Positions 18,408 to 29,153 are shown, counted from the first letter of the stretch. The stretch is DNA of 64,000 nt from Candidatus Cloacimonadales bacterium (GCA_963662275.1 OY759316.1:352001-416000); one strand, 5' to 3'. Program-made: numbers and translations. The notes: a model not told the origin generated them from the sequence alone.

Positions 18408-21113
18408 TTAGAATTTCCAGTCAATTTGAAGTCTAATTGAGTTTTCAACACGTTCCACACGTTGGAAGTAATTATTCTGGTTGTCAGGGTAGGCTATATT
18501 ATACTGTCTGACAAACTCTTCCAGTGTTTGGTATTCTTTGTATTTATATTTAAAGCTGATAAACACGTTATGAGCTAATTGATCTTGGATCGTAAACCAG
18601 TATTTCATCCCTTTTTGACCCATGAAATCGATTTCGATATCTTCCCAGTCCCAGTGTGATATGCCATGACCGTTCCAATATAAAACGGAACCGTCAACCG
18701 ATAAATTATCGTTGAAATTGTGGGAGTAATTCACAGCCACAAAATCACCTGTCATTTGGGTTGAACCATTTGCCTGATTGTTGGCAACAGGTACAGCGGG
18801 GTATGTGATCGATAGATAGGGTGGTCCCCATACGGTGTTATAACGATATTCAAATGACATATAGTCACGTGAAGTCAAGAAAGTTGCTACGCTGGCAGTA
18901 TATTCGTCTGTTTTGGAAACAGCACGGTCTGCACTTTCATCATAGCGATTGATTTGTTTCTTATATTTTGCTCGGAAACTGATCTGATAGACTGGGCGAT
19001 AATCAAGGTCACCTTGGAAGCGAACGCTTTTGCGATGATCTGAAAGACGTTCCCAAATATCTACATAGGTCTTTCCTAGAGTGAAATAACTGTTGAAACG
19101 ATAACGCGTTTCAAAGTACAAACCTCTTTCCGCCTGGGCTTGAGCATTGTTATAAACCATATCACCAATGAGAGGATTCGTCATGGTATAATTGTATTTT
19201 TCCACAACAGTATCCGTTAATTTTTGATGTTCCGAAAAAGCTCTGCTGTAGGGATTATCGAAATTCAAATCATAATTACGATACAAGCTTAAAAGATACA
19301 AATTATCGAATTGAGTGTATGAACTCAGAACAACAGCTTTTGGATCATCTCCCAGTATGGTATCTTTTCCATTCACTGATAATTCAGCATATTCACCCTG
19401 GAAAGAAGTGTTCTTGATAACGCTCATCCAGTCAAAACCTACTACACGACGATAATCCCGATCGTAATTGCCATTCTTAGTACTATATAAATTACTGAGT
19501 TCCGAATCAGGAGTCTTCCAGTATTTATAGTTATAAGAATCACGAATCAGGAGTTGCTTCAAATCAGCATCTTTCGGGATTACAAAATCAGTGTTATCAT
19601 ATACGGAAGTATAAGTGGTAAAACCGAAATTCGTTCCAACAAAAGGACTGAGAGTAAGATGTCCACCAGTGACAGTTTCGGTCAGGAAATTTTCACGTGG
19701 TGCAAGATTGATATATGGAACAGCCCAAGGATATACATTCGGATAGGTAGTATGATCAATGACAGAAAGCTCATGATCAAAATAATTCTCAGCTTCGGTT
19801 AATTCATCATTATCAAAACCGTGTGTTGAAGTGACATAGCTTAAAACCTGGTAAGTTCCATCATCATTTTTCAAAGGATGCGAGTGATGAGTTCCATCAG
19901 CCCACACTGAATCAGCCATATAAACGATAGCATCTTTTTTATCACGTGAGTAGAAGAAAGATGCATCCATCCAAGTTTTCCGTAATTCCAAGGCGAGTCC
20001 CTTCATCGAATATTCCTGGGTACGTGATAAATCAGGGGTGATACCAAGAATACGTTTCGTAAATCCATAACCGGTATTACGTGATGTATAATAGTCTGTA
20101 TTATCTAAAATCAGACCTTCTCCATAAGTAACACGGTAATTACCGAAATATTGTTTGATCCCAGTGGCTCCAAAAAAATCAACTGTGTTCTCATAACCAG
20201 CATAGAATTTTCCATTATCCAGTAATTCCTGTCCACCTGTTTTGAAGATGTCTTCATTCCCTGATGGTGAGTCATAGAGGATACCTGCTTTGATATTGTT
20301 GCCATAACGAATTCTGACCTTATTCAAAACAGATGGAGCATAACTATCCATGTGTAAAAATCCCCAATAGCTGTTATTCTTATGGTTAATAGCAGCGACA
20401 ACAGCATCCGGTAGGGGAGTGCTAGAAGCGACCATACCATATGTTGGACGTAAAATCGCCTGTTTGTACATAGCCATAGGGTCATCTTCCAATGGAGTGC
20501 TCTGGTATTTGAGTTGATAATCCACGAAAATTCTGTCTTTGATGGGTGGTTCTTTGTAATACACATAGTTTTTCATATTCGAATACCCATAAAATGAAAG
20601 ACCCGGAGAATTCTTTAAATCTCTTTGATCAATCAGAGTATCACCCTGTGCGCGACGCTTCATAACGGCATACGCATCAACAGGAGAGACATTGGGCAAA
20701 CTCAGGTAGTCGTTAAAGAACATACCATTTGCATTTTGAGGGGTCATTAAAAAATCTTCCCAAACATCAGACATACCTTCTTGCGATCCTTCGTTTGCAT
20801 CCATCCGCTGTAAGAGATAACCGATTTGTGCTCTGCGTATTACAGAATCATCAGTTTCCACATAATGTGTTAGGATGATCAAAGGGCGAAGTTTTTCTAA
20901 TGTAGGTTGATCAACAGAAGATACCTTACGTAAATCGTAGATGTCTTCGAAATAGGCAACGTATTGCCTGTAATCATAAATATCCTTGGCTTGTTGTTCT
21001 GTTATTGGTAGAGTTCTTAACTCTGCAAAAGTCGCTGAATTCAAATCAACTTTTACTGCAAATAACGGAATCGCTAACATGCACAAGAAAAGGAATAGGA
21101 ATTTTTTCATCAT
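18408..21113 (-). CDS. Secreted helix-hairpin-helix (ComEA-like) domain protein fused to a predicted OM beta-barrel
   Basis: Signal peptide; KVDLNSATFAELRTLP..AKDIYDYR..F..IYDL HhH and a second HhH (SLPNVSP..DLKNSPGL); amphipathic strands; C-terminal RLQIDWKF. Confidence 0.8.
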   Translation of the reverse strand: MMKKFLFLFLCMLAIPLFAVKVDLNSATFAELRTLPITEQQAKDIYDYRQYVAYFEDIYDLRKVSSVDQPTLEKLRPLIILTHYVETDDSVIRRAQIGYLLQRMDANEGSQEGMSDVWEDFLMTPQNANGMFFNDYLSLPNVSPVDAYAVMKRRAQGDTLIDQRDLKNSPGLSFYGYSNMKNYVYYKEPPIKDRIFVDYQLKYQSTPLEDDPMAMYKQAILRPTYGMVASSTPLPDAVVAAINHKNNSYWGFLHMDSYAPSVLNKVRIRYGNNIKAGILYDSPSGNEDIFKTGGQELLDNGKFYAGYENTVDFFGATGIKQYFGNYRVTYGEGLILDNTDYYTSRNTGYGFTKRILGITPDLSRTQEYSMKGLALELRKTWMDASFFYSRDKKDAIVYMADSVWADGTHHSHPLKNDDGTYQVLSYVTSTHGFDNDELTEAENYFDHELSVIDHTTYPNVYPWAVPYINLAPRENFLTETVTGGHLTLSPFVGTNFGFTTYTSVYDNTDFVIPKDADLKQLLIRDSYNYKYWKTPDSELSNLYSTKNGNYDRDYRRVVGFDWMSVIKNTSFQGEYAELSVNGKDTILGDDPKAVVLSSYTQFDNLYLLSLYRNYDLNFDNPYSRAFSEHQKLTDTVVEKYNYTMTNPLIGDMVYNNAQAQAERGLYFETRYRFNSYFTLGKTYVDIWERLSDHRKSVRFQGDLDYRPVYQISFRAKYKKQINRYDESADRAVSKTDEYTASVATFLTSRDYMSFEYRYNTVWGPPYLSITYPAVPVANNQANGSTQMTGDFVAVNYSHNFNDNLSVDGSVLYWNGHGISHWDWEDIEIDFMGQKGMKYWFTIQDQLAHNVFISFKYKYKEYQTLEEFVRQYNIAYPDNQNNYFQRVERVENSIRLQIDWKF

Positions 21114-21277
21114 CGTGATTCCTTTTTTTAGTAGTTCTCTCAAGTTGCACAAACAAACTTGCCCTTCTTTTATTGTAAAGCTTTTTATCTCTAAACTTCA
21201 TCAAATTATTTACTTGCCAAGAAACGGATGAATTTTGCATACATATTAGTACTTCAAATAAGCATAGAGAGGAAATT

Positions 21278-22924
21278 ATGATTAATGAGAACTTTGTCCC
21301 TTATTTGGAAAATGCATTTAAAGAATTCTGGGATTTACCGGCATTTACGGATTATGGTAAAGAGACATACACTTATGCTGAAGCTGCCCGTAAAGTGAGT
21401 TGGCTTCACAAAGCTTATGCCCAAGCAGGTTTGCAGAAAGGAGACAAAATTACTTTGTCAGGGAAAAACAGTCGGAATTGGGCAATCGTATATTTGGCAA
21501 CTGTTACTTATGGTGCTGTAGTTGTACCAATCCTGGCAAATTTCAGCCCGGAAGATATCCAGCATATTATGAATCATTCTGAATCAAAATTCGCTTTTTT
21601 AGCGAAAGAAATTTATGATAGTATTGATGAAACAACACTACTCCACATGGATTGTATAGTAAATCTGAACGATATGACGATACTTTATAATACGAAGAGT
21701 AGTATATCCTCAGAAAAATTGTACAAATTACACCAGGAATCTCAACAGTCAATTCGAAGTAGAGAAGACTTTCGCTTGATTTGTAAGACAGACAATAGCG
21801 ATTTAGCTGCTATTATCTATACCTCCGGAACGACAGGCTTTTCAAAAGGAGTCATGCTACCACATAATTCACTCATGGCAAATGTGATTGTTGCACGAGA
21901 AAATCTCCTTTTCGAAGTCAATGCAAAAGTGATCTCTTTTCTACCATTAGCTCATGCTTATGCTTGTTCATTCGATCTTCTCTATCCGTTTACTCGGGGT
22001 AACCATATCCATTTCATGGACAAAACACCATCCCCTAAGGTTCTATTGCAAGCGATGCAGGAAATTCAACCTTATGTAGTATTAGCTGTTCCTTTAATTT
22101 TAGAAAAAATATACAAAAAGACCATTCTTCCAGTATTGGAAAAAGGAACTATCAAATTTGCTCGAAACATACCAGTTTTGAAGGATGTGCTGAGGAAAAA
22201 ATTCCATGATAAGCTGATCACTGCCTTTGGTGGAAAACTAAGGGAATTTGTAGTTGGTGGCGCTGCACTAAATCCGGAAGTAGAAAATTTCCTCAAGGAT
22301 ATCAAGTTTCCTTTTACAATTGGGTATGGAATGACCGAATGCGGTCCCCTTATTTCTTATGAGAGATGGCATTTACATCGTTTATATTCATCGGGGAAAG
22401 TAGTTGAATTTTTGAAAGTAACGATTGATTCACCTGATCCAGTCAATATTCCTGGTGAAATTCTGATTGCCGGTGAGCAAGTTATGTATGGATATTTTAA
22501 GAATTCTGAGGCAACTAAGGAAGTCCTGGATGATAATAAACGCCTTCATACTGGTGATATTGGTACACTTGATACCGATAATTTTGTCTATATTAAGGGA
22601 AGATCTAAAAATATGATTCTTGGTCCTTCTGGGGAAAACATCTATCCAGAAGAAATTGAACAGAAGATGAATAATCTTCCTTATATTGCTGAAACATTAG
22701 TTGTTCATCGATCAGGGAAACTGGTGGCTTTAGTCTATCCTGATTATGAACTGCTTGATCAAGATAAAATGCACGAAGCTGAGATTGTGAAATTGATGGA
22801 AGAAAACCGGAAGAAAGTGAATTTTTCTGTTTCTGATTTCGCCAAAATCAACCAAATCAACATAGTCTCTGAACCGTTTCAAAAAACACCTACCCAGAAA
22901 ATTAAAAGATATCTCTATCACTAA
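21278..22924 (+). CDS. Long-chain fatty acid--CoA ligase (AMP-binding)
   Basis: IYTSGTTGFSKG, GYGMTE, HTGDIG, GRSKN, PTQKIKR. Confidence 0.93.
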   Translation: MINENFVPYLENAFKEFWDLPAFTDYGKETYTYAEAARKVSWLHKAYAQAGLQKGDKITLSGKNSRNWAIVYLATVTYGAVVVPILANFSPEDIQHIMNHSESKFAFLAKEIYDSIDETTLLHMDCIVNLNDMTILYNTKSSISSEKLYKLHQESQQSIRSREDFRLICKTDNSDLAAIIYTSGTTGFSKGVMLPHNSLMANVIVARENLLFEVNAKVISFLPLAHAYACSFDLLYPFTRGNHIHFMDKTPSPKVLLQAMQEIQPYVVLAVPLILEKIYKKTILPVLEKGTIKFARNIPVLKDVLRKKFHDKLITAFGGKLREFVVGGAALNPEVENFLKDIKFPFTIGYGMTECGPLISYERWHLHRLYSSGKVVEFLKVTIDSPDPVNIPGEILIAGEQVMYGYFKNSEATKEVLDDNKRLHTGDIGTLDTDNFVYIKGRSKNMILGPSGENIYPEEIEQKMNNLPYIAETLVVHRSGKLVALVYPDYELLDQDKMHEAEIVKLMEENRKKVNFSVSDFAKINQINIVSEPFQKTPTQKIKRYLYH

Positions 22925-22945
22925 GATATTCTTTACGGAGGATTT

Positions 22946-23488
22946 ATGTTCATGAAAAAGGTATTAACTTTTTGCGCTCTTGTAATTACCATCTCTTTAT
23001 GTGCAACCGAACCAATAAAAGGTTCAGTTGGTCTTGGATTAGGTATTCCTTATGGATTTATGGGTATGAATATGGATTATTATCTGAATCAATATGCTGC
23101 TCTCACTGCAGGTGTTGGATCGACTAATATTGCCGGAATTGGATTCAGTGTCGGTACTAAATATTATTTTGTAGATGATACAAAGAGTTTTCGTCCAAGA
23201 CTGACAGCCATGGCTGGAATTAATGGTGCATTGAAAAAAGAGATATTTGATAATGAAGTCACTGGTTCAAGCGAAGATTTAATCAAAGAAACTTTTCCAG
23301 GAGTATCGTTAGGTTTGGGAGCTTTAATAACTTGGGGTGAAAATAAACAGCAAGGGCTTGATTTTGATGTTTTTTATATCTGTTCAAGTGGTATCTATGA
23401 TAGAATATCAAATCTTAGAGACCATGGTTATGATATAAAAAAACCTGGGAGAATTAGCATTTCCTTTGGATATAGATATCAGTTTTAA
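22946..23488 (+). CDS. Small secreted protein, probable outer-membrane beta-barrel
   Basis: Signal peptide; Gly-rich amphipathic strands; C-terminal SFGYRYQF. Confidence 0.65.
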   Translation: MFMKKVLTFCALVITISLCATEPIKGSVGLGLGIPYGFMGMNMDYYLNQYAALTAGVGSTNIAGIGFSVGTKYYFVDDTKSFRPRLTAMAGINGALKKEIFDNEVTGSSEDLIKETFPGVSLGLGALITWGENKQQGLDFDVFYICSSGIYDRISNLRDHGYDIKKPGRISISFGYRYQF

Positions 23489-24564
23489 GGACTGGATTTT
23501 TTCCTTAAATCTTCTCTATCCAGATAATTTGGATCACTAAGAATAATCGATAGGGAACGGGTTGATCGAAATTCCTTGAGAATAATATTCAAAGCTGAAG
23601 TTATGGGTACGGCAATGATCATACCTATAGGACCCCAAATCCAAGCCCAAAATACCAGGGAAATGATGATAATGATTGGTGATAGATTGAGGCTATCACC
23701 AAGTATCTTTGGTTCAGCTAAGCTACCAATTAAAGTATGGCCAATGGTCAGGGCACTCGCTATAGCTAGGACATGCCAATTCATTCCATACTGGAGCAGA
23801 GCGATTAGTGTTGGTAATATAATTGCAATGCCAGGTCCAACTGTCGGAATAAATACTAATACGATAGTTAGAAAACCCATTACTAGTGGAAAATCAATTC
23901 CTAAAAGCAACATTAAAAATGTTTCCAGAAGACCTGCTGCGAGGCAGATCAATGTTTTATTTACAATGTAGCGAATGACCTGATTTTCGATTTTAAACAA
24001 CATTCTATGTGTCGTTTCACTATCTTGACGACTTACCATTTGGTATATTCTTTCTGCAAATCGATTATGATCTGCAACAATGAAGATGACAAAAAAGAGC
24101 ATGAGTGTGATATACATGATTAGGTTAAAGGCATTTTTCATGAAAGCCCTGAATAGATCATTCACTGATCCTTGGGTTAACCACTTCAGGTAACTGAGTT
24201 GCGGATGCATATAGTTGCGGATCTCAGCGCTCGATATTCCTAATGTATTACCCAGGCTGATAGCCATATCCATGATTCTGGTTTCATAATTTGGGATTTG
24301 CTGCACTAGATTATTAAATCCCTCATAGATCATAAAAATTACGAGACTTATCATAGTTAAAAGTATTATAGTTACAATCAAGGTTATTAGGGCATTTGGC
24401 ACTCTTTTATCACGTAGGAAACGTGCCAAAGGTGCAATTAAAAAAGTAAATAGCACAGCAAAGAATAAAGGAATAAATATCTCTTTGAGTGTTTTTAAAC
24501 AGATTACCAACACTGCAAGGGAAATGAACATGAGACAATTCCTGATCCAATGTGAGTCTTTCAT
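23485..24564 (-). CDS. AI-2E family transporter
   Basis: Multi-TM; FIPTVG, EPKILGDSLNLSP, WIWGPIGMIIAVP. Confidence 0.9.
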   Translation of the reverse strand: MKDSHWIRNCLMFISLAVLVICLKTLKEIFIPLFFAVLFTFLIAPLARFLRDKRVPNALITLIVTIILLTMISLVIFMIYEGFNNLVQQIPNYETRIMDMAISLGNTLGISSAEIRNYMHPQLSYLKWLTQGSVNDLFRAFMKNAFNLIMYITLMLFFVIFIVADHNRFAERIYQMVSRQDSETTHRMLFKIENQVIRYIVNKTLICLAAGLLETFLMLLLGIDFPLVMGFLTIVLVFIPTVGPGIAIILPTLIALLQYGMNWHVLAIASALTIGHTLIGSLAEPKILGDSLNLSPIIIIISLVFWAWIWGPIGMIIAVPITSALNIILKEFRSTRSLSIILSDPNYLDREDLRKKSSP

Positions 24565-24609
24565 CGTAAATCCTCTTTTTCTGAATTCCTTGCCTGTTTA
24601 AAATTCCCC

Positions 24610-26133
24610 TTAAAACACAAGATGATCTATATCAAATAAATGATCAATGATGTCTGTTGGCAAGATAGCGGGTGTACCTTTATATTTTGCCAGGTTTTCT
24701 GCTGTTTTGCCCAATATCCATGCGGCTGCCGGAGCTGCCTTGTGTATCGGTAGATGTTGACTGATAAAGGAAGTTACAATACCTGCCAGAACATCACCAC
24801 TTCCACCGGTAGCAAGACCATCATTACCGGTGATCATGAAATCCATATGCTCCATATCAGCATAGATAGTTGTTGAAGATTTTAGCAGAACATGCGTACC
24901 CCAAGTATTAACAAATTTTGCCAGATGACCAATCACATCACGTTCGAGTTCTTCGATAGAAAGACCTACTAAACGGGAAAATTCACCTATGTGCGGAGTT
25001 AGAAGTATCGGTCTTCCCTTGAGCTTGAACAACAAGGAGGAATCAGAAGCTAAGGCATTTAATCCATCGGCATCTATAATCATGGGTTTCGACCAGTATT
25101 TCAGTAAATACTCAGCGAGTTCCTGGATATTTTGCCCTTTACCAATACCTGGTCCAACAAGTAAAACATCAAAAGGTTCGAGTTTTTCTAAGAGTTGATC
25201 ATGTTCATATTTACCCTCTTCGTCTTGTGGTATTGTCTGGGACATAAGTTCCATGACTTTTCCGGCAAAGATATTTTCCATTCCTTGTGGATAAAACAGC
25301 GTTACTAAACCAGCTCCAGCCCTTAAACAAGCTTTTGATGACATCAAGGCAGCACCTGAAAATCCTGGAGAACCGGCGATCACAGCAATTCTACCGTAAG
25401 AACCTTTATGATTTAATCGGTTACGAATTGGAAAAGAGACTGTATCTTCTGTAACTAGATTCGCTGATTTCACGTTTTTGTAAAACTTTTCAGGGATACC
25501 AATATCAATGACTTTTGTGGTTCCGCATCGCATCATCCCTGCATTAAGTAAATGCCCGTATTTCAAAGCTGCAAGAGTTAACGTGTAATGAGCTTGAATA
25601 CATAATCGGGAATTTCCGGTAAAACCATTCAGACCGGTTGGCATATCTATGGAAACAACTAATTTAGCTTCAGAATTAATGTCTTTTACTACTTGCGAAA
25701 TGAAGGCGTCTAATTCACCTTTAAATCCAGTTCCAAAAATGGCATCAATGACCAGGGCGTAGCGTTCAAGATTGACTTTATTTTCTTTCCAACTTTCAAG
25801 GTCAGAAGATTCGGATATAGGAATCTCCAGTTTTCTACAAAGAGCATAATTATTTTGCGTTTCTTCAGACATCTGTCCAGGGTTACCTATCATGATGATT
25901 TGAACAGGATAATTCCAATGAGCAAGCCATCTTGCGATCACCAATCCATCACCGCCGTTATTACCGGAACCACAGATACACAAAACATTAGCAGGTTCAG
26001 GAAGGATTTCTCTTCTTAAGAATTCTGCGCAGCCTAAACCGGCATTTTCCATCAGGATACGTGATGGGATACCTAATTCCTCAATTGTACGTTGATCTAA
26101 TTGTTTCATTGTTTCGGGAGCGACGATTTTCAC
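24610..26133 (-). CDS. nnr: Bifunctional NAD(P)H-hydrate epimerase/dehydratase (YjeF)
   Basis: LMENAG, GNNGGDG, DAIFGTG, HKGSYG, DADGLN, TPHIGE, GGSGDVLAG. Confidence 0.95.
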   Translation of the reverse strand: MKIVAPETMKQLDQRTIEELGIPSRILMENAGLGCAEFLRREILPEPANVLCICGSGNNGGDGLVIARWLAHWNYPVQIIMIGNPGQMSEETQNNYALCRKLEIPISESSDLESWKENKVNLERYALVIDAIFGTGFKGELDAFISQVVKDINSEAKLVVSIDMPTGLNGFTGNSRLCIQAHYTLTLAALKYGHLLNAGMMRCGTTKVIDIGIPEKFYKNVKSANLVTEDTVSFPIRNRLNHKGSYGRIAVIAGSPGFSGAALMSSKACLRAGAGLVTLFYPQGMENIFAGKVMELMSQTIPQDEEGKYEHDQLLEKLEPFDVLLVGPGIGKGQNIQELAEYLLKYWSKPMIIDADGLNALASDSSLLFKLKGRPILLTPHIGEFSRLVGLSIEELERDVIGHLAKFVNTWGTHVLLKSSTTIYADMEHMDFMITGNDGLATGGSGDVLAGIVTSFISQHLPIHKAAPAAAWILGKTAENLAKYKGTPAILPTDIIDHLFDIDHLVF

Positions 26134-27620
26134 GGTTCCTCCTTCAAAGTAAATTCAAATGTCGTACCTTCACCTATTGTACTTTCAACAACACGAATCT
26201 TTCCGTGGTGATAATCTTCAATAATTCTTTTTGCTAAACTTAAGCCCAAACCCCAACCGCGACTCTTGGTAGTCACTCCGGGTTCAAATATCTTATGGAA
26301 CATTGATTTTGGCATTCCCTTACCTTCATCCTTGATCTGCACAGTGATAATCTGATTCCTGTAAGTTGCCGTGATAATAATATTTCCGCCTTTCTGAGTC
26401 ATGGCATCGATGCAATTTTTGATGATATTCTCCAAAGTCCATTTGATTAGATCCGGCTCGATTTTAACAATATTTTCCTGGATCTTGGAGATGTAATGAA
26501 TTTGAATCTTGGAACCTAAATGAGGTAAACGCTCGTCAAAATAGGATACTGTTTCCTCGATTAACAAGTTGAGGTTGTAAGGTACGAGTTGAATCGAAGA
26601 CCCAACTTTTCCAAAACGAAAAGCTATGTTCTTGAGATGATCAACATCCGCTGACATATGATCCAGTAATGTACTGGTCTCAGGGAAATTATTCGTACCA
26701 GAAAGCTTCATCTTCAGGAAATCAATCCAGCCAACCAGCGAAGTGATGGGTGTACCGAACTGATGAGCTGTTTCTTTTGCCAAGCTCACCCATAAGGCAT
26801 CTTTTTCGGTTTTCTTCAAAAGCAATAGACCATATACACCAAAAGTGATAAAAGCAATCACCAGGAGAAGTTCAATAATTGTCATATACCTGATTTGCTG
26901 TAATGACTTGGAGGCTGTAAAATACACAAAACCGAGGTTATCTTCCTGGCTCTGTAAAGGGATTTCATACATCCCCATTTCCTTGATATTCAGCAATTGT
27001 CTTTGAAGTTTTGATAGTTGAGAATAAGTGAGATTTTCTTCAATTCCAATATTTCGCCAGTATAATGGGATTCGGTTCATATCTGTAACAATGATGGGAT
27101 AATCGATCTGCTTAATAAAATCCTGGAATGTAACAGGCTGTTGATAATACACATAATTGATAATTTTACCTTTGTATTTCACAGGTATCTCACTCATCAT
27201 ATGAATAAAATGGAATAACTTCCGCTGTTGCTGAAAATTCAAATCATCAAAACGGATATTCTCGTCGATATTTACATTTTTCCAATAAGTTGGTTTCCGT
27301 TTATTGTCAGTTAGGATGACAGGATACGTGATCTTCTGAATAAATTCATCCCGGATATATCCGGCGATTTTAATTTCATAATTATCTTCAGGGACAAAAG
27401 TAAGGTAAGTAGCAAAAAGTTCAGGGACCAGAGTTGAATTAATTTCAGCATTTTTCAAATAGCTGTCAGTATAGGCAATATATTTTGCAAAGATTTTCGG
27501 AACTAATTGAGCATCATTTTTGGCATTCTGAATCAGAACATTTGTATAAATAATGAATACTCCCATGAGCATAAGAGAACCTAAAATAAAATACAAACGA
27601 ATCAGATCATTTCGATTCAT
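26130..27620 (-). CDS. Membrane sensor histidine kinase
   Basis: Two TM helices; H-box ETAHQFGTP; KNCIDA, DEGKG, GWGLGL. Confidence 0.93.
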   Translation of the reverse strand: MNRNDLIRLYFILGSLMLMGVFIIYTNVLIQNAKNDAQLVPKIFAKYIAYTDSYLKNAEINSTLVPELFATYLTFVPEDNYEIKIAGYIRDEFIQKITYPVILTDNKRKPTYWKNVNIDENIRFDDLNFQQQRKLFHFIHMMSEIPVKYKGKIINYVYYQQPVTFQDFIKQIDYPIIVTDMNRIPLYWRNIGIEENLTYSQLSKLQRQLLNIKEMGMYEIPLQSQEDNLGFVYFTASKSLQQIRYMTIIELLLVIAFITFGVYGLLLLKKTEKDALWVSLAKETAHQFGTPITSLVGWIDFLKMKLSGTNNFPETSTLLDHMSADVDHLKNIAFRFGKVGSSIQLVPYNLNLLIEETVSYFDERLPHLGSKIQIHYISKIQENIVKIEPDLIKWTLENIIKNCIDAMTQKGGNIIITATYRNQIITVQIKDEGKGMPKSMFHKIFEPGVTTKSRGWGLGLSLAKRIIEDYHHGKIRVVESTIGEGTTFEFTLKEEP

Positions 27621-28386
27621 ACTTTTTTACCTGGTTCCAAATCTCATCCATTTGATCAAGAGTGGAATCATAGATATTTTCCCCTTGCTTTGAATAATGC
27701 TCTTCTATACTCTTAAATCTGCGTTCAAATTTCCTGGTGGTTTGGTTGATAGCACTTTCTGCATCGATATGAAGCTTTCGTGACAAATTAACAAGAGTGA
27801 AGAGCATATCACCAATTTCCTCACTAATATGTTCCTGGTTATTTTCATCTAATGCTTCTAATAATTCATTTCTTTCTTCATCTAATTTCTCCAGGACAGG
27901 GTGAATATCCTGCCAGTCAAAGCCTGTCGAAGCAGCCTTTTCCTGGGTTCGCTGAGCTTTGATCAATCCTGGCATGGATTGAGGAATTCCATCCAAAACG
28001 GATGTACGATGATGTCTCTTCTCATGATGTTTAATCTTTTCCCAGTTTTGTTTTACAGTGTCTGCATCTGAAATACTCTCATTTCCAAAAATATGGGGAT
28101 GCCTGCGGACTAGTTTTTGATTAATTCCCTGGAGAACTTCATCCATAGAAAAAGCATTATTTTCCTGTGCCAGACGAACCTGCATAACAATATGAAGCAA
28201 CAAATCTCCCAATTCTTCACATAGGGAGTGATAATCATCTGTTTCAATGACTTCTACAGCTTCATAAAGTTCTTCGATCATGTTCGGGATCAAAGAACGG
28301 GAAGTCTGCTTCAAATCCCAGGGACAACCATTTTCCGGATCCCTGAGAATGGCTACGATTTCTATTAATCGATCAAATTCGTTCAT
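27607..28386 (-). CDS. mazG: Nucleoside triphosphate pyrophosphohydrolase
   Basis: GCPWDLKQT, EELGDLL, KLVRRHPHIF, GFDW, EEIGDMLF. Confidence 0.96.
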   Translation of the reverse strand: MNEFDRLIEIVAILRDPENGCPWDLKQTSRSLIPNMIEELYEAVEVIETDDYHSLCEELGDLLLHIVMQVRLAQENNAFSMDEVLQGINQKLVRRHPHIFGNESISDADTVKQNWEKIKHHEKRHHRTSVLDGIPQSMPGLIKAQRTQEKAASTGFDWQDIHPVLEKLDEERNELLEALDENNQEHISEEIGDMLFTLVNLSRKLHIDAESAINQTTRKFERRFKSIEEHYSKQGENIYDSTLDQMDEIWNQVKKYESK

Positions 28387-28598
28387 AAATTATTCCTTTC
28401 TCTATCCTATAAAACATACATGAAAATTAAAAAAAAACAGGCAAGGGAAATTTAGAGCATTGATTTAGAAATTTACAGACCTGTGGGAATATCCCAATTA
28501 TTTTGTTTGAAAAGAGGGTAGATGAACATTGCTGGATAAATTCTTGGGTCTATCTCAAAATATATCTTAAATAACCGTGCAAGGAAGGTGCAAATAAA

Positions 28599-28651
28599 AT
28601 CATGTAGGGATCATCTAGGGATCATCTAGGGATCATCTAGGGATCATCTAG
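28599..28651 (+). repeat. 11-bp tandem repeat TAGGGATCATC x4 plus partials
   Basis: Units start at 28605, 28616, 28627, 28638. Confidence 0.85.
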
Positions 28652-28872
28652 ACTTTGATAGTTTATCCTTGATTTATGATTGCTTTTTGTATATTTTCTC
28701 TTTTCTTGGTTTTATAGGAAGGAAGAAAGACAGGGAAATCTCTATCAGTATAGTAGGTATTTACCTTAGATTTATCTAAGCTTATAACAGAGATTTAAGT
28801 GTTTCTTAAAGCATGATAAATATGAGCATACTAAAAAATATCATAAATGATTCACATATGCAAGGAAAATCA

Positions 28873-28902
28873 TTGACATAATAAAAACAGGAATTGTATT
28901 AT
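28873..28902 (+). promoter_or_regulatory. Sigma70-like promoter candidate for the C10 peptidase gene
   Basis: TTGACA-18 bp-TATTAT. Confidence 0.5.
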
Positions 28903-29153
28903 GACTCTTACCTTTTTGGCAATTAGGGGAAACGATAGAGAGGCAATTAGATTGTAAAATCTGATTTCCTAAACAAGGAATCGTAAGTTATTTTTTTAGT
29001 TCACTTAGGTGGAAGGAGTGATTAGCTCAGATGATTCGTATTGATTTCAGATGCGTTTCTTTCCAAATAAAGGATAAACAGATATCTGGAAAGAGTGATA
29101 GATTAACCAAAAACAAAGTAACCTATTTAAAAACCATTTAACAAGGAGACAGG

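Noticed and set aside
28920..28990. c-di-GMP-I riboswitch
   Set aside because: Has GGCAA and a GNRA hairpin but lacks the GCAAA junction and second stem of the consensus
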